Shown in pieces: positions 21,232-29,694 of a stretch of 64,000 nucleotides of DNA. The DNA comes from an uncultured Paludibacteraceae bacterium (GTDB taxonomy: Bacteria; Bacteroidota; Bacteroidia; Bacteroidales; Paludibacteraceae). Below the pieces are notes generated by a model, which was not told the origin of the DNA, made no database searches, and was given only the letters and a program-made list of their open reading frames with translations. A program made the position numbers and the translations under genes. The DNA lies in NCBI GenBank assembly GCA_964570565.1, contig CAZMYT010000004.1, positions 114,256 to 178,255 on the forward strand, in the 5' to 3' direction. The first letter of the stretch is position 1. Every line of letters starts with the position of its first letter.

Positions 21232-23229
21232 ATGCGTAGATACCTCCTCATTGTATTGTTTTGTATTCAAGCACTTTTGGCGATGGGGCAATTGAATACT
21301 GACCGCGTGTTGGCCATTGGGCGCAATGCGTTGTATTTTGAGGATTACGTACTGTCTATTCAATATTTCAATCAAATTATCAAGGTCAAACCGTACCTTG
21401 TAGAACCCTATTTTTACCGTGCTATTGCCAAAATTCAACTCGAGGATTATGCTGGAGCTGAGGATGATTGCAATGAGGTGATTGCGAGAAATCCTTTTAT
21501 GCCTCAAGCATTTTATGCGCGTGGTTTTGTGCGTATGCGTCTAGGCAAAGTAGAGGCGGCAAAAGAGGATTTTTCTAAAGCATTAGAATTTAGTCCAGAA
21601 AACGCCACTTATGTTCTTAATCGTGTGGAAGCCTATTTGCGATCCGAAAAATACGATGAGGCGTTGGCTGACGTGGATGTTTTATTGCGTAAAAACAAAA
21701 ATGCGACCGATTTAATGTACGAACGTGGGCGCATTTTACTACTCAAAAAGGATACGACACAAGCGTTGCAAGTTTTTGACGATTTAGTTGTAAACGATAG
21801 TTTAAATGCCGATGCTTGGGGCGCTCGCGCATTGGTAAAACTTCAACTTAACGATAATGGTGGCGCGTTGACCGACTACAATAAAGCAATTCGGTTAGGC
21901 GCACGTAATGCTGGTTATCATATCAATAGAGGTATTTTAAATTATCAGGTCAAAAATTATCGTGGTGCTTTGGCTGACTACGATCAGGCTATTGCTTTAG
22001 ACCCTACCAATGAAATGGCCTTGTTCAATAGGTCGCTTTTGCGTGCCGAAGTGGGCGATTTAAACAATGCGGTGGCCGATTTGACAGCGTTACTTAATCG
22101 CAATCCCGATTATCCGAATGCCGTTTATCAACGGGCTTTGTTATTCACAGAATTGTACGATTGGAAAGCCGCAGAAATGGATTTTTCCACTATTATAGCT
22201 AAATATCCAACGTTTGCTCCTGCTTACTACGGTCGCTCACGCGTTTATGAAAAAATGGGCAAAAAAAGAGCGGCATTTGACGATTACGACCAAGCAGAGA
22301 AGTTACTGGCCGCTGCTAAAAATAAACAACTCGATAACGTTCAAAAGCAATTGGTCATAAAGCCTACCGTGGCGCAGGATGAGTCGTTTGTGAAAGCCAA
22401 ATCACGCCTATTCAATGGTACGTCGGTGGCTACCAATTCTACGTCCGAATCGATTAGAGGTTCTATACAGAATGAAGATAGAACGGTGGTTAACGAGAAG
22501 AATTTTGTATTGTCGTACTATCAAAAAGAAGATTTGGTGCGTAAAGGCGAACGCTACAGCCCTTTAGTGGCGGCATTGAACGATACGCGCTTATTGCCCG
22601 CTAAAGTGAAATTGGTTAGTCACGAAATGCCTCTGACTTCACAGTTAATTAATTATCACTTTAAGTCAATTGATGAATTTTCCAAACGTTTGGAAGTGTA
22701 TAAAACCAATGCAGACTTGTACCTCGCTCGTGGTATTGATTATGCTTTAGTGCAGGATTTTTCGAGTGCTATTGCTGATTTTACTAGAGCTATTTACTAT
22801 CAATCAGAGAACCCGTTAGCCTATTTTTCACGGGCAAATATTCGTTTCAAAGAACTTGAATTTAAGGTCAGCGAAAGCTCAAGTGTGGATGGAACATTGG
22901 AACAACGAAAGGATTTAGAAAAAACGTATGCTCATGATTTTGAAATGATTATGCGCGATTATGATATGACTATTGATTTGGCTCCTGATTTTGCATTTGC
23001 TTGGTTCAATCGTGCCAATGTGTTATCTGTTCAGAAAGATTTTAAGGCGGCTATTCAAAATTATTCTAAAGCCATCGCTATTGATGATGAGTTTGCTGAA
23101 GCCTATTTTAATCGTGGTTTAACCTATATTTTCATCGGCGACAGTGAAAAAGGAATGGCCGATTTAAGTAAAGCGGGCGAATTGGGCATGTACCAAGCCT
23201 ATAATTATTTGAAACGTATGCGCGACTAA
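21232..23229 (+). CDS. TPR-repeat protein with signal peptide
   Basis: Many 34-aa repeats of the A..Y/F..A...P type across 665 aa. Confidence 0.8.
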   Translation: MRRYLLIVLFCIQALLAMGQLNTDRVLAIGRNALYFEDYVLSIQYFNQIIKVKPYLVEPYFYRAIAKIQLEDYAGAEDDCNEVIARNPFMPQAFYARGFVRMRLGKVEAAKEDFSKALEFSPENATYVLNRVEAYLRSEKYDEALADVDVLLRKNKNATDLMYERGRILLLKKDTTQALQVFDDLVVNDSLNADAWGARALVKLQLNDNGGALTDYNKAIRLGARNAGYHINRGILNYQVKNYRGALADYDQAIALDPTNEMALFNRSLLRAEVGDLNNAVADLTALLNRNPDYPNAVYQRALLFTELYDWKAAEMDFSTIIAKYPTFAPAYYGRSRVYEKMGKKRAAFDDYDQAEKLLAAAKNKQLDNVQKQLVIKPTVAQDESFVKAKSRLFNGTSVATNSTSESIRGSIQNEDRTVVNEKNFVLSYYQKEDLVRKGERYSPLVAALNDTRLLPAKVKLVSHEMPLTSQLINYHFKSIDEFSKRLEVYKTNADLYLARGIDYALVQDFSSAIADFTRAIYYQSENPLAYFSRANIRFKELEFKVSESSSVDGTLEQRKDLEKTYAHDFEMIMRDYDMTIDLAPDFAFAWFNRANVLSVQKDFKAAIQNYSKAIAIDDEFAEAYFNRGLTYIFIGDSEKGMADLSKAGELGMYQAYNYLKRMRD

Positions 23230-23260
23230 TTTTTATTCATTTTAATCAGTTAATCACTAG

Positions 23261-23635
23261 ATGAGAAAAATAATAAATACATCGAATGCACCGAAAGCCG
23301 TAGGGCCTTATAGCCAAGCTGTAGAGGCTAATGGAACGCTTTATATATCAGGCCAATTACCTGTTGATCCACTGACAGGCGCTATGCCCGAAGGCATTGA
23401 GGCTCAAACGCGGCAATGCTTGCAAAATGTAATTGCTATTTTGGAGGCCGCCAATTATTCGTTGTCGGATGTTGTCAAATCCGTCGTTTTATTGGCTGAT
23501 ATGGGCGATTTCCAGGCGATGAATCAGGTTTATGCGACCTATTATGCCGAGAATCAGCCAGCGCGTGTTTGCTATCAAGTGGCTAAGTTGCCTTTGGGTG
23601 CATTGGTAGAAATTGAAACTATAGCGGTTCAGTAA
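23261..23635 (+). CDS. ridA: RidA/YjgF family reactive-intermediate deaminase
   Basis: APKAVGPYSQAV...GQLP...ARV...LP.GALVEIE pattern; 124 aa. Confidence 0.88.
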   Translation: MRKIINTSNAPKAVGPYSQAVEANGTLYISGQLPVDPLTGAMPEGIEAQTRQCLQNVIAILEAANYSLSDVVKSVVLLADMGDFQAMNQVYATYYAENQPARVCYQVAKLPLGALVEIETIAVQ

Positions 23636-23668
23636 ATAGAATACTTTTTTGCTAAATATCAAGTAATT

Positions 23669-26284
23669 ATGGTTAAATTTTATGTTGTTTGTCAAACGAG
23701 TTTTGGTCAAGATTTATTTCTGTCCGTTGGCGAAACTATTGTGCCGATGCGCTATGTGGTGAATGGCTTATGGCATTGTGAATTGGACCTGACGTCTAAA
23801 TCGCCCACCGTGTATCGTTATTTTGTCCAAAATCCTGATAAATCGGTGACTGAAGAATCGCCTGTAGAGCGTTTATTGCCCGCTTTTGTTGGTAATTTAA
23901 CCGTTCACGATACGTTTCAAGCCAAAAATATTTCCTATGTATTTCGTACAACACCGTTTGTAGAAAGTCTCTGTTTTCACAAGGCTAAAAAACTACCTAA
24001 ATTATCCAAATTAGATTCGTTATTGCTTGTAAATGCACCAGCTGTAGAGTCGCATCAAGGTGTGGCGGTAATTGGTTCTCACCCGTTATTAGGCGAGTGG
24101 AATGCATCGCAATTGGTAGAAATGCAATATACCGACAATGCCAATTGGTTTGTAGTATTGAAATCGGATGAAACACTACAAGGTGCTGAATATAAGTTTG
24201 TTGTTTACGATTTGAATACGCGTGCCATTGTGCGCTGGGAAGAGGGCGAAAATAGCCGATTGCCCGAAATGGCTGTTTCTACCATGTTGACGCAAGTATT
24301 TCGACAAACATTTCAATGGAAAGGTGCTGGCGTAGCTATTCCAGTGTTTTCATTGCGTAGTGAAAACGATTGGGGCGTTGGTGAATTTTACGATTTAAAA
24401 GAGATGGTCGATTGGGCAGAGCAGACTGGACAAAAGTTGATTCAAATTTTGCCAATAAATGATACGACTAACACGAAAACAGATACTGATTCCTATCCTT
24501 ATAGTACCAATTCTGTCTACGCATTACATCCCATGTACCTTAATATGAAAGGGTTGGGCGTGCTTAAAGATAAAAAACAGTTCGCCAAGTTTGAACAAGA
24601 AGGACAACTTTTAAATGACAAGTCGTATGTGGATTACGCTGCTGTCAATCATTTGAAATGGAACTATTTGATGGCTATTTTTGCGCAGGAATCGTCCACA
24701 GTATTTGCCACTCAAGCTTATCAGGATTTCTTTAAAACGAATGAATCGTGGTTGGTTTCTTATGCTGTTTTTAGTGCTTTGCGCGACGAATTTGGAACGT
24801 CCGATTTTCGTCAGTGGCCCCATTTTTCTACCTATGATGAAAAAGCGGTGAAAGCCTTCGCTGATAAGCATTTTGATGCCATTTCCATTTATTATTTTGT
24901 CCAATATCATTTGGCACGACAACTCTCTGAAGTGCGCGATTATGCACATGCTAAAGGCGTTGTGTTTAAAGGCGATTTACCTATTGGCATCAGTCCCAAT
25001 AGTGTGGATGCGTGGATGTATCCACGTTTATTCCATTTGGATAAACAGGCTGGTGCGCCGCCCGATGATTTTTCGGTGACTGGGCAAAATTGGGGTTTCC
25101 CAACTTATAACTGGGAAGAAATGGCCAAAGATGGTTTTAGTTGGTGGAAAAATCGTTTTCAAAATATGGCTCATTATTTTGATGCATACCGTATCGATCA
25201 TATTCTAGGATTCTTCCGTATCTGGGAAATTCCAAAGTCTTCTGTGTGGGGATTGTTAGGTTATTTTAATCCTGCTTTGCCTTTGTCGGTGGCTGAAATA
25301 GAGGCTTATGGTATTCGTTTTGATGCCGATCGATTACTCACACCTTATATCACAGAAGCGTTATTGACCGAACTTTTTGGGGAACAAAAAGAGTCTGTAA
25401 TCTCACACTTTTTGGATATTAAAAGTGCTGGTGTTTATCAATTTAAACCGTTGTTTGATACGCAGCAGAAGGTACAACACTATTTTGATACGCATGATGT
25501 AACTTCAGAAGAAAAGTTGTTGTTGAATGGACTTTTGGAGTTGCATACGGAAGTGCTTTTTGTGGAAGATATCTATCACAAAAATTCCTATCATCCACGT
25601 ATTACCATTCAAAAATCGCATGTCTTTAAATCACTCGATGATGCCTTTAAAAATAAGCTAAATCGTTTGTACGAAGATTATTACTATTACCGTCATACCG
25701 AATTTTGGAAAAGGCAAGCGATGGCAAAACTTCCTGAATTACTACGTACTACGAATATGTTAGTTTGTGGAGAAGATTTGGGTATGGTACCAGCTTGTGT
25801 CCCGGCAGTGATGGAGGCGTTACAAATTTTAAGTTTAGAAATTCAGCGTATGCCTAAAAATCCTGCTACGGAATTTGTATTGCCTTCTGAAACGCCTTAT
25901 TTGTCGGTTTGTAGTACAGGAACGCACGATACGTCGCCTTTGCGAAGTTGGTGGCTCGAAAATCCAGAATCGATACAACGTTACTATACCAGTGTATTGC
26001 GTAATAAAGGCGTAGCTCCAACCGAGTGCACTACTGATTTAGCGGAACAAATTATAAGTCAACAGCTCCAAGCCAATGGCATGTGGGTGATATTACCGTT
26101 GCAAGATTATTTAGCTATGGATGGCACGTTACGTTTGGCAAATCCGTTAGCTGAACGCATCAATGATCCTAGCAATCCGCATCATTTTTGGAGTTACCGT
26201 ATGCATCTCACCCTTAATGAGTTGAATCAAGCGTCCGACTTTAATCATAAATTGTATAAACAGATAATGGCGTATCGCCATTGA
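23669..26284 (+). CDS. malQ: 4-alpha-glucanotransferase (GH77) with N-terminal starch-binding-like domain
   Basis: GH77 blocks (GVAIPVFSLRS, YPYS..S, DLPIG, RIDH..GF, GEDLG, GTHD). The roughly 200-aa N-terminal extension resembles CBM20. Confidence 0.88.
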   Translation: MVKFYVVCQTSFGQDLFLSVGETIVPMRYVVNGLWHCELDLTSKSPTVYRYFVQNPDKSVTEESPVERLLPAFVGNLTVHDTFQAKNISYVFRTTPFVESLCFHKAKKLPKLSKLDSLLLVNAPAVESHQGVAVIGSHPLLGEWNASQLVEMQYTDNANWFVVLKSDETLQGAEYKFVVYDLNTRAIVRWEEGENSRLPEMAVSTMLTQVFRQTFQWKGAGVAIPVFSLRSENDWGVGEFYDLKEMVDWAEQTGQKLIQILPINDTTNTKTDTDSYPYSTNSVYALHPMYLNMKGLGVLKDKKQFAKFEQEGQLLNDKSYVDYAAVNHLKWNYLMAIFAQESSTVFATQAYQDFFKTNESWLVSYAVFSALRDEFGTSDFRQWPHFSTYDEKAVKAFADKHFDAISIYYFVQYHLARQLSEVRDYAHAKGVVFKGDLPIGISPNSVDAWMYPRLFHLDKQAGAPPDDFSVTGQNWGFPTYNWEEMAKDGFSWWKNRFQNMAHYFDAYRIDHILGFFRIWEIPKSSVWGLLGYFNPALPLSVAEIEAYGIRFDADRLLTPYITEALLTELFGEQKESVISHFLDIKSAGVYQFKPLFDTQQKVQHYFDTHDVTSEEKLLLNGLLELHTEVLFVEDIYHKNSYHPRITIQKSHVFKSLDDAFKNKLNRLYEDYYYYRHTEFWKRQAMAKLPELLRTTNMLVCGEDLGMVPACVPAVMEALQILSLEIQRMPKNPATEFVLPSETPYLSVCSTGTHDTSPLRSWWLENPESIQRYYTSVLRNKGVAPTECTTDLAEQIISQQLQANGMWVILPLQDYLAMDGTLRLANPLAERINDPSNPHHFWSYRMHLTLNELNQASDFNHKLYKQIMAYRH

Positions 26285-26321
26285 TGACCGATTGTCGGCA
26301 TAAATCGTTTATTTTCTTACT

Positions 26322-27140
26322 ATGAATGTTATTAAAAAACAGTTGAAATTTCTACTTGTTGGTGTTTGTTTATACGCGTCTCTGGGAGTGAATGCACAAA
26401 CGCTCAATGATTATCAAACACGTTTGATGCATTTGTTTCAGGCTATTAAAACAGCGGATACGGATTCGGTACGTTTACAGTATAATGATTCTGTGAAGAC
26501 ACTGTTTTCTGAGACGTTAAATCAGAAAGAATCATTTAATTTCCCGTTCGACAGTTTGACTTACGTGGGTAAAATTACGTCTGATGATGCTAAATTGCGC
26601 CTATATACCTGGAATGTGGTTACCGATAGTGGGTTAGTCTTTAATGGTTTTTTGCAGAAACTGTCGGGCGAAGTAATACCGCTGAAACAGTCTGAAACAG
26701 CCTATAAACCGACTACGAAACAAGTTGTTCTTGCCAATAATTGGTATGGAGCATTGTATTATAGAGCAGTGGCGTATAAGTATAAAAAACAAACGGTGTA
26801 TATGCTTGTAGGTTGGAGTCAATGTGATGAACGTACGCAGTATAAAGTGTTAGATGTGCTTTCGTTCGACGAATTTGGTGTGGCTCGTTTTGGCATGCCT
26901 ATTTTGTTTGATGAAGAAAAGCAATCGTTTACGCGTGCTGTTTTTGAATATGATGCTCATATTGTGATGTTCCTTGATTATGAGCCGTCTCGCAAGCGGT
27001 TTGTATTCGACCATTTGTCGCCCATGAAATACTTTGAAGATGAGACAGTAACACTGGGTCCCGACATGTCGGTGGACAGCTATGTGCGAAAATCGAAAGG
27101 CTGGTTTTTAAAAGAAGACCTTCGCATGAGAAATCGGTAA
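26322..27140 (+). CDS. secreted hypothetical protein
   Basis: Signal peptide ...SLGVNAQ. No motif recognised. Confidence 0.5.
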   Translation: MNVIKKQLKFLLVGVCLYASLGVNAQTLNDYQTRLMHLFQAIKTADTDSVRLQYNDSVKTLFSETLNQKESFNFPFDSLTYVGKITSDDAKLRLYTWNVVTDSGLVFNGFLQKLSGEVIPLKQSETAYKPTTKQVVLANNWYGALYYRAVAYKYKKQTVYMLVGWSQCDERTQYKVLDVLSFDEFGVARFGMPILFDEEKQSFTRAVFEYDAHIVMFLDYEPSRKRFVFDHLSPMKYFEDETVTLGPDMSVDSYVRKSKGWFLKEDLRMRNR

Positions 27141-27184
27141 ATCGGTCAATTGTTAAATCCCGCATAAACTCGGAAAAACCATAC

Positions 27185-27229
27185 ATTTTTGTATTGTTTT
27201 TTCGAGTTTTTTTACGTATTTTTGCTGTT
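27185..27229 (+). repeat. 45-nt direct repeat, left copy (contains a -7 box)
   Basis: ATTTTTGTATTGTTTTTTCGAGTTTTTTTACGTATTTTTGCTGTT is 44/45 identical to 29493-29537. Confidence 0.95.
27217..27224 (+). promoter_or_regulatory. candidate -7 box TATTTTTG inside the left repeat
   Basis: TAnnTTTG match about 220 nt upstream of the 391-aa ORF. Confidence 0.4.
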
Positions 27230-27443
27230 CACCAGTAAGGGTATGCTTATTATTATATCTTATGTTTCTGTTCTCCTATTGTATTCCTATTATGAAATAA
27301 TGGTGTGTTTGGTGTATTGTAAATTTTCTTGCTTTATTTAGCTAAGGTTGAGCCAAGATGGAGCTATGATCGAGGCGTAATTTTTTATTGCTTTGGGCTA
27401 TCGTTTGCTCTCTAATTGTTTTTTATCCTATTAAACTATACTT

Positions 27444-28619
27444 ATGACTTTTACTCCAGAGTCCAATTTTAATGCCTTTGCCTATTTTGGTAGTCATCAT
27501 GATCAGTATGAACCTGATACGGTTCTTTTAATTGAGAGTTTATTAAACGCCACTATTCGCTATGATTTGAGAACCAATGCCTCCAATATGGGGAAATTGT
27601 GTCGTTGTTATTTAGATTCAGCTAAATCGATTAATCTCTTTGTCACGTACAGTCAGCAAGAGTTTGACCTGTTAAGTCCCGAAAATCTGGCTGAATGCAT
27701 TATGACGGACTCACCTGAGACCACGGAATTGGCACCCAATTTTGATGCTTTTATGGAATTGATTGGTCGCGATGCGACGTTTGTTTGTATGTATGCTGCT
27801 TTGCAAAATTTCCGTGCGAATGGTATTTTGGATTTTGAATCTATGTATGCTAAACCGCCATTCCAAGCGATATTGGCTCGCCGTGAAACTGTGCATGTTC
27901 CTTTGGAAACGTTGGTCACTCTTCATTTTGAAGAGCAGTTTGTGGTCAAATGTGTTCCTGTTGACCATGATTTAAATCATACGTTCGCTATTATTCAAAC
28001 TGGTTTATCTCTGTTTCAGTGGGCTATTCGTACCCCTAAAAGTTATTTATATGTGGTCAAGAAATGTGGACAGGATCTTTTTTTTCCAGATGATAATGAT
28101 CGTATTTTATTTTTACTGTATTTGTTGAATTTGGTACATTACTACGCACCTCGTCAGATGACCGAACGTGATCGTGCAGCTTTAGAGTTTCGATTACAAG
28201 ATATTTATTCTAGATATACGAAAGTGCCATGGGATTTGAAAGAGCTGCATGAGGTGCCAGATGAAGCTATTATAGATGCTGATTTAGAATCGCTTACTGA
28301 TTCAGATGTATCGCAGTGTTTATCGGGTATTACCCTCAATTCTGATGTGAGTAAGTTGGATTTTATACGGGTATTATATGTCTTGTACGAACTTGATTTT
28401 TTTGTCAAAGAGTCTGGTAAAAAGGTGACCAAAAAGGAGTTATTTGCTTTTTTGGCTACTTGGCTCGGTAAAGAGACATTGGCGCATTATGATAAGGATA
28501 TGACCAACAGCTGGAAATCGGATATGAGTGCTCATATCGCTATATTTGATACCATGCGGTCGAAAATGGTAGAATTGGCGACTAACAAAAATGTAGCTAA
28601 CTATAAAAAGATTGAATAA
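27444..28619 (+). CDS. orphan 391-aa protein; C-terminal ~70 aa resemble a winged-helix domain of RteC-type regulators (tentative)
   Basis: Long clean ORF. The C-terminus SKLDFIRVLYVLYELDFFVKESGKKVTKKELFAFLATWLG has the same residue pattern I remember from RteC C-termini (SK.DLVELIYAL...G...NG K...KEIA..F). This is from memory only. Confidence 0.5.
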   Translation: MTFTPESNFNAFAYFGSHHDQYEPDTVLLIESLLNATIRYDLRTNASNMGKLCRCYLDSAKSINLFVTYSQQEFDLLSPENLAECIMTDSPETTELAPNFDAFMELIGRDATFVCMYAALQNFRANGILDFESMYAKPPFQAILARRETVHVPLETLVTLHFEEQFVVKCVPVDHDLNHTFAIIQTGLSLFQWAIRTPKSYLYVVKKCGQDLFFPDDNDRILFLLYLLNLVHYYAPRQMTERDRAALEFRLQDIYSRYTKVPWDLKELHEVPDEAIIDADLESLTDSDVSQCLSGITLNSDVSKLDFIRVLYVLYELDFFVKESGKKVTKKELFAFLATWLGKETLAHYDKDMTNSWKSDMSAHIAIFDTMRSKMVELATNKNVANYKKIE

Positions 28620-28625
28620 ATGAGT

Positions 28626-28683
28626 CAAAAAGCTAGGGTAAAATCTCACCAAGGCTAGGGTTGTTGGTTCAAAAGCTAGGGTA
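28626..28683 (+). repeat. three phased direct repeats, core GCTAGGGT (iteron-like)
   Basis: GCTAGGGT at 28632, 28654 and 28675 (spacing 22 and 21 nt). Copies 1 and 3 extend to TCAAAAGCTAGGGTA. Confidence 0.8.
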
Positions 28684-28720
28684 GCGGCGATTAACCTTGT
28701 GGGTTTTGTTACTGTTTATG

Positions 28721-28757
28721 TAGAGTTTTCCTGTATGAGGGAAAACTCTATTTTTTG
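28721..28757 (+). terminator. rho-independent terminator after the 391-aa gene
   Basis: 11-bp stem tagagttttcc / ggaaaactcta followed by TTTTTT. Confidence 0.65.
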
Positions 28758-28773
28758 TTGATAATAAAGCACT

Positions 28774-28781
28774 TACCTTTG
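28774..28781 (+). promoter_or_regulatory. candidate -7 box TACCTTTG for the small two-gene unit
   Basis: TAnnTTTG match with TTTG about 16 nt upstream, 82 nt before ATG 28863. Confidence 0.35.
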
Positions 28782-28833
28782 TACTGTCAGTTTCGCAGAT
28801 GGTGTTGTGTGATTGACATTTTTATTATTAACA

Positions 28834-28846
28834 GTCGCTTAGCGAC
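28834..28846. promoter_or_regulatory. operator-like palindrome GTCGCT-T-AGCGAC
   Basis: Perfect 6+1+6 palindrome between the candidate promoter and the small ORFs. Confidence 0.35.
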
Positions 28847-28862
28847 CTAATTTATTTTAAGT

Positions 28863-28970
28863 ATGAAACAAATTCTACTTGATGTCCTTGCCAAGACTCA
28901 AAACCTGGCGAACGCCCTTATGAAAGGATGCGGAGTGTATCATTTTAGTGCTAAAGGAGGTGTACTATGA
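28863..28970 (+). CDS. 35-aa ORF (MKQILLDVLAKTQNLANALMKGCGVYHFSAKGGVL), translationally coupled to the next ORF
   Basis: Hand translation. Its stop TGA overlaps the next ATG (ATGA at 28967-28970). It is below the length cut-off of the ORF track. Confidence 0.3.
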   Translation: MKQILLDVLAKTQNLANALMKGCGVYHFSAKGGVL

Positions 28971-29302
28971 AGGTGATTGACAATTTGATTACTGAAGGGC
29001 TTTCTGGTAAAGTGGAGCAATCGAAGTATTGTTTTAGACGCCACTATGGTAGTACTTTTTTGACTCTGAAGTCGATACCTAGTGGTGAGGAAACTCCTCA
29101 GCAACGGCTGGTAAAGAGTTGGTTTACGGAGGCTCAGCGGTTAGCAAACGTGGACATGGGCGAGACTACTAAACGCCTTGAGTGGGAGCAGAAGTTGCAC
29201 AAAACGAAGTACAAAACGCCTAAAGGTAGAGCTTTTGCTTATTATTTTAAGCAGTTGAAAGCTGGTGTTATTTCTGTACCAGAGATTACAGAAGAGCCAT
29301 AG
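28967..29302 (+). CDS. hypothetical basic 111-aa protein
   Basis: ORF in the track. It is followed by a terminator hairpin. No motif recognised. Confidence 0.45.
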   Translation: MKVIDNLITEGLSGKVEQSKYCFRRHYGSTFLTLKSIPSGEETPQQRLVKSWFTEAQRLANVDMGETTKRLEWEQKLHKTKYKTPKGRAFAYYFKQLKAGVISVPEITEEP

Positions 29303-29327
29303 AGTTGTATTGAGTGGTTGAATGGAT

Positions 29328-29368
29328 GGGAGTTACCTCTGTGAATGCATTGGTAATTCCCATTTTTA
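29328..29368 (+). terminator. rho-independent terminator
   Basis: gggagttacc / ggtaattccc stem (one mismatch) followed by a T-run. Confidence 0.5.
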
Positions 29369-29492
29369 CTTTTTATGAGTCCATGCTCTGTGGATGCGTT
29401 GGCAACCTATATTGAAGGGGATGGCAGGTGTCTATTGTTAGCGTTATGCTTAATCCTCCTTGTTCAGGGCTTTTAGTGTACGAAAATAATAG

Positions 29493-29537
29493 ATTTTTGT
29501 ATTGTTTTTTCGAGTTTATTTACGTATTTTTGCTGTT
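29493..29537 (+). repeat. 45-nt direct repeat, right copy (promoter of the glycan locus)
   Basis: 44/45 identical to 27185-27229. Sequence outside the 45 nt is unrelated. Confidence 0.95.
29525..29532 (+). promoter_or_regulatory. candidate -7 box TATTTTTG upstream of wzm
   Basis: TAnnTTTG match about 160 nt upstream of the wzm ATG. Confidence 0.4.
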
Positions 29538-29694
29538 TAATAGAGATTATTTTGTTAGGCGTTGATAATCAGTGCCAAAATGTGTTAACTAGTGGGTTAT
29601 TCGTAGACATTAATGGTCTTTTGGTCGATTATAATCCTAACAAACGGTAAAAAAATAAACATAAATCGAACGATTTGTAACTAATTATGTGTGT

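Larger units (their letters stand above)
27185..29537 (+). mobile_element. 2.3-kb direct-repeat-bounded cassette (possible integrated mini-element), no recombinase gene
   Basis: 45-nt direct repeats (44/45 identical) at both ends. The interior has its own promoter-like boxes and terminators, and orphan genes. Confidence 0.4.

Noticed and set aside
21232-23229. A large TPR protein considered as part of an unusual system.
   Set aside because: It is an ordinary secreted or periplasmic TPR scaffold in housekeeping context (dapA, ridA). There are no partner genes or repeats.
27185-29537. The 45-nt repeats as an invertible (phase-variable) promoter switch, as in Bacteroides capsule loci.
   Set aside because: The two copies are in direct orientation, not inverted, so recombination would delete rather than invert. 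No Mpi/Tsr-type recombinase is nearby.
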